Of a DNA stretch of 64,000 bases, positions 23,946 to 36,374 are shown one piece after another. The DNA is from Chiloscyllium plagiosum (lineage: Eukaryota). The stretch lies in NCBI RefSeq assembly GCF_004010195.1, contig NC_057719.1, forward strand, positions 1,107,945 through 1,171,944, given 5' to 3'. The notes beneath the pieces were generated by a model. The model saw nothing but the letters and a program-made list of their open reading frames with translations. It ran no database searches and had not been told where the DNA came from. Within the stretch, counting starts at the first letter, position 1. The number at the start of each line of letters is the position of its first letter. The translations under genes were made by a program, and so were the position numbers.

Positions 23946-26449
23946 TTTAGTGTGGGACCCGATCGTTGTTGTGGGAGAGAAGGGGTGAGGGGAATCCACA
24001 GTGAAGAAAAAGGATGTGTTTTTCCACAAAACCCTTCACCTTCACAGAATCTGGCTGCTGAGAAGAGTGTGCTGATTCATTGATAGTGGGGTTACCATGG
24101 AGAATGTACCAATTAATTGATTGACAGCTAATAACCAAGCTGTCATCAATAATTGGAGCATTCTCTCTACCAATCAGAGTTCACTTATCAAGCATACCCC
24201 CCCCCCCCCATTATAAAAATAACTTTTCCCTTTTGAACTGGTATTCTTGGAAATAGTCCTGATGAATGGAAGCTGAAGGGCCTTGACAAAATGTCTCCTT
24301 TTCGGCAAGTTTGAATTTATGAAGCTGTTGATCGTTCTAAAGACCCAACTTGTTTCCTTCCCTAAAGGGCTGAAACTGCTGTCCTTAGCCAGAGCATGTC
24401 CCTGTCTAGTTGTAAGCACAAGTTGACACGTTAAAAGGTGTGCCTTTGTGACAAAAGTTGCATTACTATGGCATCATGGCATCTTTAACATAGTGAAACA
24501 TTCCCATGGCACATCACCAGAGCATGATCAGACAGAATTTAATATTGTACCACACAAGACACTTGGTCAAAGTAGGTTTTAAGGAGCTTTTTAAAGGTGG
24601 AGACAGACATGTAGATCAGGATTTTGAATTTGAGAATTCCAGACACAGGTAGCTGAAGGTGTTACCAGCTATGGTGGGTTGATTAAAATTGGGAGGCCAT
24701 TGAGGCTAGGAGGGAGTGCAGGGATCATGGAGAGTTGTGTGGCTGTGGAAGAGAGACAGGAAGGGTTGAGACCATGTCAAACTTTGCAAACAAAAATTTG
24801 AAGAAGACTCAACATCATCCTGCGATTACTCAAGGATCTCTCTCATCAAGGTCTCTCTTCCCTCCATTACAGGCATTTACCACGCGCTGCATCCGAAAGG
24901 CTAAGGGCATTGTGGAAGATCCCACACACCCCTCACTCAAACTCTTCTCCCTCCTGCCATCTGACAGAAGATACTGGAGCATTCAGTCTCTCACAGCCAG
25001 ACTGTGCAACAGCTTCTTCCCCCAAGCCATCAGGCTCCTTAACACAGTATGATCAGACTCTTTCCCATCTGAAATCTTTGCACGCCTTTGAATTGCTGCT
25101 CGAATAATGCCTATTATTTATCATTCTTCAATTACACTGTAACTTGAATGTTTTGCACTTCTTATGCACTTAATGCCGTGTACAAGTGTGTAGGTTGTGC
25201 TGTCCTCACTATCCATTGTAGGGCCTTAATGATCCGAGACGGTGCAATTCCCAAACCAAGCAGTGATGCAGAGCTCAGGGTACTCTCAATGAACCCTCTG
25301 TAGAATGTGGTGAGGATGGAGGGCTGGGAGTGGGCTTTCCTCAACCTGTGCAAAAAATAGAGATGCTGCTAGGCTTATTTGGCTATGGAGCTTGTGTTGT
25401 GTCCAGGTGAGATTCTCCGCCAGTTGTACGCCAAGAAATCTGGTGCTCTTCACGATCTCCACGGGGAACCATCTATATCCAGCAGAGTGTGGTCACTCCG
25501 TGCCATCCTGAAGTCAACAACCATCTCTTTTGTTTTGTCCACATTCAGAGACCGATCGTTGGCTCTGCACCAGTCTGTTAGCTGCTGCAGCTAATAGGAC
25601 CCCTCAAAAATCAAGGCAGCCTTTGTATGGAGCTCAGGTGATGGGGAAGAAATTAAACGAGTATTTTGCATCAGTGTTTACTGTGGAGAAGAACATGGAA
25701 GATACAGAATGTGAGAAATAGATGGTGACATCTTGAAAAATATTAGAGAGGAGGAAGCACTGGATGTCTTGAAATGCAGAAAGGTGGATAAATCCCCAGG
25801 ACCTGATCAGGTGTACCCTAGAAATTTGTGGGAAGCTAGAGAAGTGATTGCTGGGCCTCTTGCTGAGATATCTGCATCATCAGATGAGGTGCCAGAAGAC
25901 TGGAGGTTGGCTAACGTACCATTATTTAAGAAAGATGTTAAGGACAAGCCAGGGAACTGTAGACCGGTGAGCCTGATGTTGGTGGTGGGCAAGTTGTTGG
26001 AGGGAATCCTGAGGGACAAGATGTACACGTATTTAGAAAGGCAAGGACTGATTAAGGATAGTCAACATGGCTTTCTGCGTGGGAAATCATGTCTCTCAAA
26101 CTTGATTGAGTTTTTTGAAGAAGTAACAAAGAGGATTTATAAGGGCAGAGCGATGGACGTAATTTATATGAACTTCAGTAAGGGTTTCGACAAGGTTCCC
26201 AATGGGAAACTGATTAGCAAGGTTAGATCTCATGGAAGACAGGGAGACCTAGCTACTTAGATACAGAACTGGCTCGACGGTAGAAGACAGTGGTGGTGGA
26301 GGATTGTTTTTCAGACTAGAGGCCTGAGACCAGTGGTGTGCCACAAGGATCGGTGCTGGGTCCACTATTTTTTGTCATTTATTTAAAGTTATTAAGTTGG
26401 CAGATGATACCAAAATTGGAGGTGTAGTGGACACATTACAATGGAATCT

Positions 26450-26654
26450 GAAAATGTATTACTGGAAAAGCACAGCAGGTCAGGCAGCATCCAAGGAGCA
26501 GGAGAATCGACGTTTCGGGCATGAGCCCTTCTTCAGGAATGGAGAAGGGGTCCTGCCCGAANNNNNNNGATGCTGCCTGACCTGCTGAGCTTTTCCAGCA
26601 ACACATTTTCAGCTCTGATCTCCAGCATCTGCAGTCCTCACTTTCTCCTATAAG
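26450..26654. mobile_element. Penelope-terminal inverted pair with TSD
   Basis: TSD ATTACAATGG(A/G)ATCT at 26435 and 26655; intact minus-strand hammerhead core. Confidence 0.82.
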
Positions 26655-26784
26655 ATTACAATGGGATCTTGATCAAATGGGCCAATGGGCTGAGGAGTGG
26701 CAGATGGAATTTAATATAGATAAATGCGAGGTGCTGCATTTTGGGAAAGCAAATCTTAGTAGGACTTATACACTTAATGGGAAG

Positions 26785-27005
26785 GTTCTGGATTAGTGGT
26801 GCTGGAAGAGCACAGCAGTTCAGGCAGCATCCAAGGAGCTTCAAAATCGACGTTTCGGGCAAAAGCCCTTCATCAGGAATAGTGCCTGCCTCCGTATTTG
26901 CTTCCTCAGTGCCTGCCTCCGTAACCAACTCATCCCACACGGACTCCGGACCACCTTTAAACCAGCAGAGTTCGGACCCGAACAGGACAAACAAAAATTT
27001 GCTTT
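26785..27005. mobile_element. Penelope terminal repeat joined to an oppositely oriented fragment of a PLE ORF N-terminus
   Basis: TSD CACTTAATGGGAAG at 26771 and 27006; hammerhead on minus; 26896-27006 reads ICFLSACLRNQLIPHGLRTTFKPAEFGPEQDKQKFAF on plus. Confidence 0.8.
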
Positions 27006-28399
27006 CACTTAATGGGAAGTTCCTAGAGAGTATTGCTGAACAAAGAGACCTTGGAATGCAGGTTCATAGCTCTTTGAAAGTGGAGTGGCAGGTAGATAGG
27101 ATAGTGAAGAAGGCTTTTGCTATGCTTTCCTTTTATTTGGTCAGAGTATTGAATACAGGAATTGGGAGGTCATGTCGCAGCTGTACAAAACATTGGTTAG
27201 GCTACTTTTGGAATATTGCGTGCAATTCTGGTCTCCTTGCTATCGGAAAGATGTTGTGAAACTTGAAAGGGTTCAGAAAAGGGTGTTGCCAGGGTTGGAG
27301 GATCTGAGCTATAAGGACAGGCTGAATAGGCTGGGGCTGTTTTCTCTGGAGCATCAAAGGCTAAGGAGTTCCCTCTTAGAGGTTTAGAAAATCATGTAGG
27401 GCATATAGGGATAAATTGTGTTAAAATCTTTTCCCTGGGGTGGGAGAGTGCAGAACTAGAGGGCGTAGGTTTAGGCTGAGAGGGGAAAAATATAAAAATG
27501 ACCTAAGGGGCAACTTTTCATGTAAAGGGTGGTGCATATATGGAATGAGCTGAGGAAGTGGTGGAGGCTGGTACAACTGCATTATTTAAAAGGCATCTGG
27601 ATGGGTATATGAATAGGAAGGGCTTAGAGGGATGTGATCCAAGTGCCACCAAATGGGACTAGATTACATTGGATTATCTGGTTGGGATGGACGAGTTGGA
27701 CCGAAAGGTCTGTTTCCGTGCTATACATCTCTATGACACTAACTTGATGATGTGATTCAACCTGTGCATTGCTGCACAGTCATCTGCCATCAGGGTGAAC
27801 AGCAGTGGACTGAACACAGCCCTAAGGGGCCCATCTGTGCTCAGTATGATGGTGTTGGAGATGCTGTTCCCCATCCGGACTGACTGAGGGTCTCCCAGTC
27901 ACCAAGTCTAGGATCCAGTTACCAAGGGAGGTATTTAGGTCCAGCAGACTCTGCTTTCCAATCAGGTGCTGAGGAATGATTGTGTTAAATGCAAAACCGA
28001 GTCAATGAACAGTAATCTGATGTAGGTGTCCTACTTCTCCAGGTTGGTGAAGTTCAGATGGAGGGTGGTGGAAATGGCATCATCTGTTGAACTGTCTGGT
28101 CGATACACAAACTGCAGGGTGTCCATTTTGAGGGGGACAGCACGGTCTTAAAGTCTCTCCTGTCAAATGGAAAGATCTTTCCAACGTCCACTATGTCCAG
28201 GCTGTTCAGTATTCTGGAAGTTTCAATCAGATTCCCCCTCACCACCTATTTTGGTGTCATCGGCTTACTAACCATACCTCTTATGTTCACATCCAAATCA
28301 TTCATATAAAGCAGTGGATCCAGTACCAATACTTTTAGCACACCACTGGTCCAAAACGCAACTTTCTATCGCCACTTTTGGTTGTTAAAGGTATTACTA

Positions 28400-29700
28400 A
28401 CAAATTTGATAAAAGATATTCGATGGACGTAGTATACTTAGATTTTCAGAAGGCTTTTGATGACATCCTCTGTAGAGCCAAGTTAGAAAAATTAAAGCAT
28501 TGGGGGTAGGTATTGTATGTGCATGGATTAATGATTGGAATAACAGGAAAAAAGACAACAACAATAAATGGGTCATTCTCACAGAGGCTGACACAAGTGA
28601 TGTACCACAAGAATTAGTAAAATCCGAAAGAACTGCGGATGTTGTAAATCAGAAACAAACACTGAAATTGCTGGAAAAGCTCAGCAGGTCTGGCAATATT
28701 TGTGGAGAGAAATCAGAGTTCACATTTCAGGTCCAGTGACCTTTCCTCAGAACTGGACCGTAAGGATTAGTACCTGGGCCCCAGTTGTTCACAAGGATTT
28801 GAAGGTGGGGACCAAATGCATTACTTCCAAATTTGTGGATGATACCAAACTAAATGGGAATGTGACTTCAGGAGGATTCTGAGAGGCTTAGTGAGTGAGC
28901 AAGAACATAAGAGGTACAATATCACGTGGGCAAAAATGTATGGTTACCTACTTTGGTAGGAGATGATGTTCAGAGCATTTTCCTTTTAAAAGAAAGTATA
29001 GATGTTCAAAAAGACCTGGGTGATCTTGTCAATAAATCACTGAAGACCAACATGCAGGTTTAGCAAGCTATTCAGAAGGCTAATGGAATGTTAGCCTTTA
29101 TCGCAAGAGGATTTGAGTACAAGAGTAATGAAGTCTTGCTTCAATTGTATAGAAGCTTGATTAGACCACACTTGGAGCATTGTGTGCAGTTTTGATTTCC
29201 TTATCTTGGGAAAGATGTTATCACCACTGGGGGAGTGCAATACAGGTCACTGGACTTGCTCCGGGGATGACGGGACTTTCATCTGGAGAGAGATTGGACA
29301 AACTGGGCATTTTCTATAGAATGAAAAATGATTTTATTGAAACCTACAAAATACTGAAAGGGATAGACAGATTAGATGCAGGTACAGTGTTTCCCCGGGT
29401 TGGAGAGTCGAGAACCAGGGGCACAATTTAAAAATAAGGGGGAAGTGCTTTGGTCCGAGGTGAGAATTGCTTTTACTCAGAGGGTTATGAATCTTTGGAA
29501 TTCTGTTCTACAGAGGGCAGTGGAAGTTCAGTTTTGGAGTATATTTAAAGTAGGGTTTTGATTAATTTCTGATTACCAGTTATGTACTGGTAATATGGGG
29601 ATATGGAGTGTAAAAGGCATTGAAGTATTCAATCAATTATGATCATATTGGGGCAGGATTAATGGGCTGAATAGCTAACTCCTGCTCCTACGTTCCTATC
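28400..29700 (+). mobile_element. Old CR1 LINE RT and 3' end with nested Penelope terminus (28615-28755)
   Basis: YLDFQKAFD, SKFVDDTKL, FTQRVMNLWN. Confidence 0.8.
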
Positions 29701-30264
29701 CAATGGTCTAAGCTGCTTTTGTAGGTTCGTTGCTTCTTCCTGACCACTCTCAACTTAATTGAGTTTTATATGCTTAGCAAACTTTGAAAGAGTGCATTTG
29801 ATTTCCTCGTCCAAAATGTTGACATCTATTGTAAATGGCTGCAGTACCCTTCTGCTCTTAAAAAGATCATATATTCCTCCTATGTCCTGCCTGCTAACTA
29901 TTTCTCTGTCCACGACTGTATATTACCTCCAGTTCTTTTTGGTTTGATAATAACCTCTTGTTTATGATTTATCAAAAGTGCTATGTAAATCTAGAAAATG
30001 CTGGTGAAACTCAGCAGGTCTGTGGGAAGAAAGCAGTTAACATTTCAAATCCAGTGACTCTGCTTTCTTTCCACAGGTGCCGCCAGAACTACAGAGTTTA
30101 ATTATATTAAAATCCAGTTGTTCCTTATCTATTCAACTAATGTGTCCTCAAAGCTCCAGTAGGTTTACAAATATAATCTCCATTTTATAAAGCCCATGTT
30201 TACTTTGTACTCCATTGGTATTTCTTAAGTTTCTTGTTATCACATCCATTATAATAGAACCTAC

Positions 30265-30410
30265 TGTCGGTTAGCTCAGTTGGCTGGACGGCTGGTTTGT
30301 GATACAGAGTGATGGGATCTATTACATGAAGGACCCTCTTTGTCAACCTCTCCCCTCACCTAAGGCATGGTGATTCTCAAATTAAACCATCACAGTCATA
30401 TCTCTATCTG
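30265..30410 (+). mobile_element. tRNA-derived SINE fragment (second copy on minus at ~33335-33545)
   Basis: GGTTAGCTCAGTTGG A-box start; shared body AACCTCTCCCCTCACCTAAGGCATG. Confidence 0.55.
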
Positions 30411-31774
30411 TTTCCTCACTCTCTCGCACTCTCCTCACTCCTCTCTCACACTCTCGCTCTCTCTCCACTCTCCTCTCTCTCTCATGAGGTGACAGTGTCC
30501 AGGGATGTGCAGGCTAGGTGGATTAGCCATGGGAAATGCAGAGCTACATGGATAGGGTAGGAGTGTCTGGTCTAGATGGGATGTTCTTCGGAGGGTCAGT
30601 GCGGACGTAGTGGACCTATAGTGACTTTACCTTTACTTAACAGGAATTACTGTTAATTACAAATAAATAGATTCTAGCTTACAGGTGAATGACATTTAAA
30701 TTCAATGTATAACTATAAATTAAACTCTTAACCTCCTTCTGAAACTCACCTCCACACACAGACTGAGGATAAAACAAACGTTTGTGTTATGCGTGGAGGG
30801 AAGGACTGAGAAAGCAGTTCACTGGTCATTGTACACAGGGTTCATTTGAGATGATCCTTTTGGCTTGTCAGGACCTGCTGCTCCTTGATTTTCCTTCTCC
30901 ACGTATTTTCACTTGTGGGATGCAGAGAGAGACTGGTGCCCACTTACAAAGGCTTTGACTTATTGGTTAAAAGCCACAGCTTACAGCAACTGATAAAGGG
31001 AAATAAATAAGCTTTCTTCAGGCTTGAGGTTTTTTTTTGTTTTGACAGCAGAGAAGGGAGAGCACCTTCCTTTCTCTGCAGAGGTCCAATGCCTTCTGAC
31101 TGAACATTCACAGCCCCAAACTATTCAGCTACCTGGGAGCCAATCACGTAGTTGTTGATAGTCAGAAGGGCTTTGTAACTGACAAATGGATACCATTCCA
31201 CTTCAGTCAGTCAGCTACATGTTGCCAGCCAAACTCCACCCCCCCACCAACTCCAACCAGTCTGTAGTAATCTCCTCCACTTTTAGAAACTTTTTATAAC
31301 TTCTTTGGATCTAAGACTATCCCTACTTTCGTAATTAGTCGTTTCCTGTTATTTTTTTTTGCACCAGAATAGAGCATATAACTGTTGCAATGCATGCTTT
31401 CATTGTTTAAATATTAACTATTGCCTATCTATTGTTATGTTCTTTAATGGACTTACTCAATCCATCACAGCCAACTCATGCTTCATGCCTTCCTAATTTC
31501 CTTGGGCTAGATTTAGGACCGTAGCTTCAAATGGACCACTTAATTTTATACCCAGTGAAGAATTCCACCATGTTACAGTCACTCTTCCCTAAAGGGCCTT
31601 AGAAAAAGATGATTTATTAATCGCCCTCATTGAATAACACCGAATATAGGATAGCCTATTCACTAACCAGTGGTCTATAAAAATCACCTTGTGTACACTC
31701 CAGAAAGATATCTACTAATGTATATTATTGCTATTTTCTGATGCATCCTTTCAAGAATATATACAATTTTGGAA

Positions 31775-32125
31775 AACTGGTAATGCAGAGGCCTAGGCTA
31801 ATGCATGGTTGCAAATCCCACCATGGGAGTTGGTGCAATTTGAATTCGGGTATTAAAAAAAATCTAATTAAAAGCTGTTCTCAGTAACAATGACCATGAA
31901 ACCATCATGAATTGCCATTTAAAAGGACATCTGGTTCACTGATATCCTTTAGGGAAGGAAATCTGCTGTGCTTCCCTGCTCTTTCCTACATGTGACTCCA
32001 GACCCACAACAATGTGGCTGACTCCTGGCTGCCCCCTGAAATAGCCTAGAGAGCCATCAGTTCAAGGGTCAGTTAGGGATGGACAATAAATGCTGACCTA
32101 GCCAGTGATGCCCACATCCTGTGAA
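31775..32125 (+). mobile_element. SINE, possibly Deu-domain type (other copies at ~41140-41300 and ~51015-51330)
   Basis: Recurrent AGGGAAGGAAATCTGC...CATGTGACTCCAGACCCACA.CAATGTGG core; tail shared with the LINE at 1851-2293. Confidence 0.55.
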
Positions 32126-32565
32126 AGAGGATCTGAGATACAGGGAGAGGCTGAACAGGCTGGGGCTGTTTTCCCTGGGGCATCGGAGGCTGAGGGGTGA
32201 CCTTAGAGGTTTACAAAATTTATGAGGGGCATGGATAGGATAAATAAGCAAAGTCTTTTCCCTGGGGTCGGGGAACCCAGAACTAGAGGGCATAGGTTTA
32301 GGATGTGAGGGGAAAGATGTAAAAGAGACCTAAGGGGCAACTTTTTCTCACAGAGGGTGGTACGTGTATGGAATGAACTGCCAGAGGATGTGGTGGAGGC
32401 TGGTACAATTGCAACATTTAAGAGGCATTTGAATGGGTATATGAATAGGAAGGGTTTGGAGGGATATGGGCCGGGTGCTGGCAGGTGGGGCTAGATTGGG
32501 TTGGGATATCTGGTCGGCACGGACCAGAGGGTTTGTTTCCATGCTGTACATCTCTATGACTCTAT
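32126..32565 (+). mobile_element. CR1 LINE 3' end
   Basis: YRERLNRLGLFSL...QRVVRVWNELP; CTCTATGACTCTAT tail. Confidence 0.9.
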
Positions 32566-34040
32566 AAAAGTTGAGTGATCAAATGTGAATTACTACTTTG
32601 GAATCCTCGCTGGCTGTTTAGACTTTTTAGCTTTGGGATATTTTTCTGTTCTGTTCATGAAAGGATTCCATCATCTTTCCTATCCTGTATTAAGCTGACT
32701 GGTCTACGTATCCTAGACTTGGTCTTGTCCTGTATGAAGGCACCATTAACAGCTGTGGTTTGATGCTGGTATTGATTGAAATTGTTTACATTGGCACAAT
32801 ATCAGAATGTTTTGCACCCCATGTTGTCTTTTATGCTGGGTTTAACCAGATGTGCGAAAATGGAAACTTTGAAGGGTGTTTCCTGTCGTCCTGTGACTGT
32901 CACTTGTGTCGATTTAGTACGGGTGTTGTTGCTAGTTGGACTCTGATCTCAGCTGAGTCCCTCCCTTCAGTCTGGGACACAAGAGGTAGAGCTCAGAGGA
33001 CACTGAGTTAGAATACGTTCAGTTATAGGGGTGAAACTGGCTATTAAGAGTTCAGCTCACTTGCATTAGTCAGGGAAAATATCAGCCTGGATTCCTGCTC
33101 CCTACTTCGGTTTGTCTGGTGAAGACCATGTCACCAACAACTCTGAGACAGAGGTGACCCCAATCCAGCACGAACATCCCAAAGTGTCCTTCAATGGCAA
33201 AGGGCATATCAGAGGCTGAGAGTAAACACAAACTGAGCAAATCCAGCAACTCATCTAAAACTCTATCTCTGGTATCCTGTTTTGTTTGCATTAGCTCCTG
33301 TGGATGCAAATCAGCTTTAACAGATACTTGCATAAAGCCACCATAATCCCAGAGGACCGTTGTGCCCCTCTCTCTCGTTGGAGAGGGGTGACTGGTGACT
33401 GTTTAACCTGAGGGTCAGCATACCTAAGGCAAAGGGAGAGATTGAGAAGCAGAGTCCTTCATAATAACCTCAGCTAGTGTGGGAACTGAACCCATACAGT
33501 TGGCATCACTCTGCATTGCAAACCAGCTCTCCAACCAACAGAGCTTTTAGTCTACTACATACCCAAACAAACATCACAGATAATAAACCATAATCCATTT
33601 TCTTGAGGGAACATTGCACTGTCAGAAGCTAGTACGGAGGGGACACTGGAATTCTGGTGGTACTTTTAAGAAAGCTGTGGGGTTCTAAATGCAGATGGGT
33701 CAGGAGTAGGCCACTCGGCCCTCTTCTGTTATTCAGGAAGATCATGGCTGATCTGATCACCCCCATCCCTATAACCTTTTCTGGGAATAAATGGCCGAAT
33801 ACCTGCACTTTATTTGTTTAAATAATTAAGCAAATAGAAACTGCAAATGCTGTACATAAATCTGTTTGAGTAGTGGTTACATCACTATTATGGATATTGC
33901 CTTTGGCATATTCCTTTTTTTCAAACCATTCGGCCCTTGGAACCATTCAATATGATCATGGATGATCATCCAACTCAGTTGCTTGTTCTACTTTCACCAC
34001 ATATCCTTTGATCCCTCCGAACTATAACTAACTCCTTGAA

Positions 34041-34276
34041 TAAGTTCTGGGATCTACATAGCAAAGAACAGAGACCAACCTATCCCATTCTAAAAGATGA
34101 AAGATTTGATCTGAAATTATTTACTGTATCGCACCTCCATGACACTGGACTCCTTTGGCTATAAATTCTATGAGCACCATCTTATTCTCCACAACCACCT
34201 GAAGGACCAGCGCTCAGACAGCTAGTGCTTCCAAATAAACCTGTTGGACTATAACCTGGTGTTGAGATTTTTAACT
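34041..34276 (+). mobile_element. Penelope 3' terminus (second family) with TSD
   Basis: Ends AAACCTGTTGGACTATAACCTGGTGTTGAGATTTTTAACT, as at 14953-15000; flanked by direct repeats TAACTAACTCCTTGAA at 34025 and 34272. Confidence 0.75.
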
Positions 34277-34619
34277 AACTCCTTGAAAACATTCAATGTT
34301 TTAGCCTCAACCATTTTTTGTGACAGAATTCCACAGGCATTTTATAAATACAACCATATTTCTACAATACAGTTGTTGAGGTGATATATCATTCTCAGGA
34401 ATAATGAAAGTCCCTACAATTGCCTTAACTTCACACAACTCGACTTAGTGTTTACTTTCAACAAGCTTTTGCTGACAAAAGTTTCCTTAAAGTCTATTTA
34501 CTACAAGATGATTATAAGAACACAAGCATTTTTTTGCTTTTCATATGCAAAATGACATTACCTTTATCCCCACACCTCCGAATTAATATGAGTCACCAAT
34601 TTTTAGTTTTTATTTGAAA

Positions 34620-35950
34620 ATGAATGGGGACTGTCTTATGAACAAAGTTGAAACAGACTGGGACTCTACTCACTGGAATTTAGAAGAATGAGAGGCAATC
34701 TCATTGTAACACATAGGGTTCTTAAAGAGCTTGATGGAGTAAATGCTGAGAGGATGTTTGCCCAAGTGAGAGAGGAGGGCTTGGGGGTGTAGTGTCAGAA
34801 TAGAGATGCCAAATTAAGACATATGGAATTTCTTATTGGTGGGTTGAGAATCTTTGCAACTCCTTGCCACAAAGAGCTGGGGGGCAGCATACTTGCATAT
34901 AATTGAGGCTTGGATAGATTTTCTGATCACTGGGGAATCGAGGGTTACAGGGAAAGGGCAGGAAAGTGGACGTGAGGAATGTCGGATCCTATAGAATGGT
35001 GGAGCTGACCCGGGATGGGGGGGGTGCAAATGGCCTGTTCCTATTTCTGATGGTCTTGTCATCTGAAATAAAACTGTGTTGGAGAAACTCAGCAGGTCTG
35101 GCAGCAATCGTGGAGAGAGAAACTTAATATCTTGAGTCAAATATGACTTTTCTTTGGAACTGAAAAGCCATATTACATCAAAAATGAATTAAGTGGACAA
35201 AAAAAACTGGTGAATAGACTAACATCAGAAAATATTACAATTGTCCATTTTGGAAGAAAAATACAACCTAAGCATAAACAGTCATCTAAATGGTGAAAAA
35301 GTTCAGAATTCTGAGAGGCAGAAAGTAAAATGAATCATAATCAGTTAGTATGTACGTACAGCAGGTAATTAGGAAAGTGAATAACATGTTGTCATTTGAG
35401 GGGAATTAAATACAAAAAGAGAGGTTATGTTTTAGTTATACAGGGTACTGTTGAGACCATATCTGGAATATTGTGCAAAATACTGGTCACCTTGTTTAAA
35501 TAGTTTAAAAAGATTTAATATAATAACTGGAATGTCATTTGAGGAAAAATTGGAGAGGCTACGCTTGTATTTGCCACATTTTAAAAGAGCAAAAGGTAAC
35601 TTGATTGAAACGTCATAAAGATCTGGAGGGGACTTGACCAGGTGGATGTGGAGAGGAATCCTCTTGTAGCGGATTTGAGAATTAGGGGATCATTGTTTAC
35701 AAATCAGGGTTGCCCATTTAAAACACATTTGAGATTTTTTTTCCCACTAAGCGTCTTTGGAATTCTCCCTCTGAAAAGGTGGTGGATACAGTGTCTTTGA
35801 ATATTTTTAAGGCTGAGGTGGATAGATTGACAAGTAAGTTAATAGTTATTGCGAGGGTAGATGAGCATGTGGAGTTGGGGTTACATTCAGAAGTCATAAT
35901 CTTATAGAATGATAGAGAGCAATGGAGTGGAATAGCATGCTCTGAATTTG
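34620..35950 (+). mobile_element. Old CR1 3' fragments
   Basis: Decayed LGLYSLEFRRMRG and LYRVLLRPYLEYC motifs. Confidence 0.65.
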
Positions 35951-36300
35951 CATTTTCATAAACCTTAAGTTGTAAATAACGTGAAATCGGCAACTGATGA
36001 CTTTAATTTGAATGCACATTGACCTTTCTCATGTGAATGTTACCTAGTTTAGAAATGGTGGCCAAGGAGGGACAAGGGAGATCCTAAGTGGCAGGTTGCA
36101 GACTCTGGGGCTGGTGTCACAATGTTATAGTCTTTGTGAGGAAGTTATGAAAAAAATTGTCCTTTTCTTCAATTATTTGTCTTGTTCGTTGGAGGTTGGG
36201 TTTGGAATATGTGTATCTGCGTGGCTCTTTGAAAGGGCCAGTGTGGAATGGGTGGGCTGAAGGGCCAGTGTGGAATGGGTGGGCTGAATGGCAGTGATTC

Positions 36301-36345
36301 TCTAATTAATTTGCAGCACTAGTCCAACTTTCTGCTTCCTTGCAG
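36301..36345 (+). other. ZBTB1: 3' splice acceptor of the ZBTB1 coding exon (exon starts at 36346, 29 nt before the ATG)
   Basis: CTAAT branch-like motif at ~36302 and a polypyrimidine tract CTTTCTGCTTCCTTGCAG ending at 36345. Fits a non-coding first exon, as in mammalian ZBTB1. Confidence 0.75.
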
Positions 36346-36374
36346 GGACCGGGCTGACTGGCGGGTGGTCCAGG

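Larger units (their letters stand above)
25592..27740 (+). mobile_element. CR1 LINE ORF2 (RT to tail) with two nested Penelope-terminal insertions
   Basis: KSPGPDQVYPR, QHGFLRGKSCLSNLIEFFEEVT, ADDTK, LLEYCVQFWSP, tail. Confidence 0.92.
24845..28130. mobile_element. Rex1/Babar-like non-LTR element (3' end on plus 24845-25190; body on minus 25195-25590 and 27740-28130), split by a CR1
   Basis: DPTHPSLKLFSLLPSDRRY...RLCNSFFPQAIRLLN; ILTTFYRGFIESTL; RT pieces on minus. Confidence 0.75.

Noticed and set aside
30640..31300. Possible solo LTR (also 15520-15945)
   Set aside because: Promoter-like and poly(A)-like motifs are present, but I could not define TG...CA ends or a TSD.
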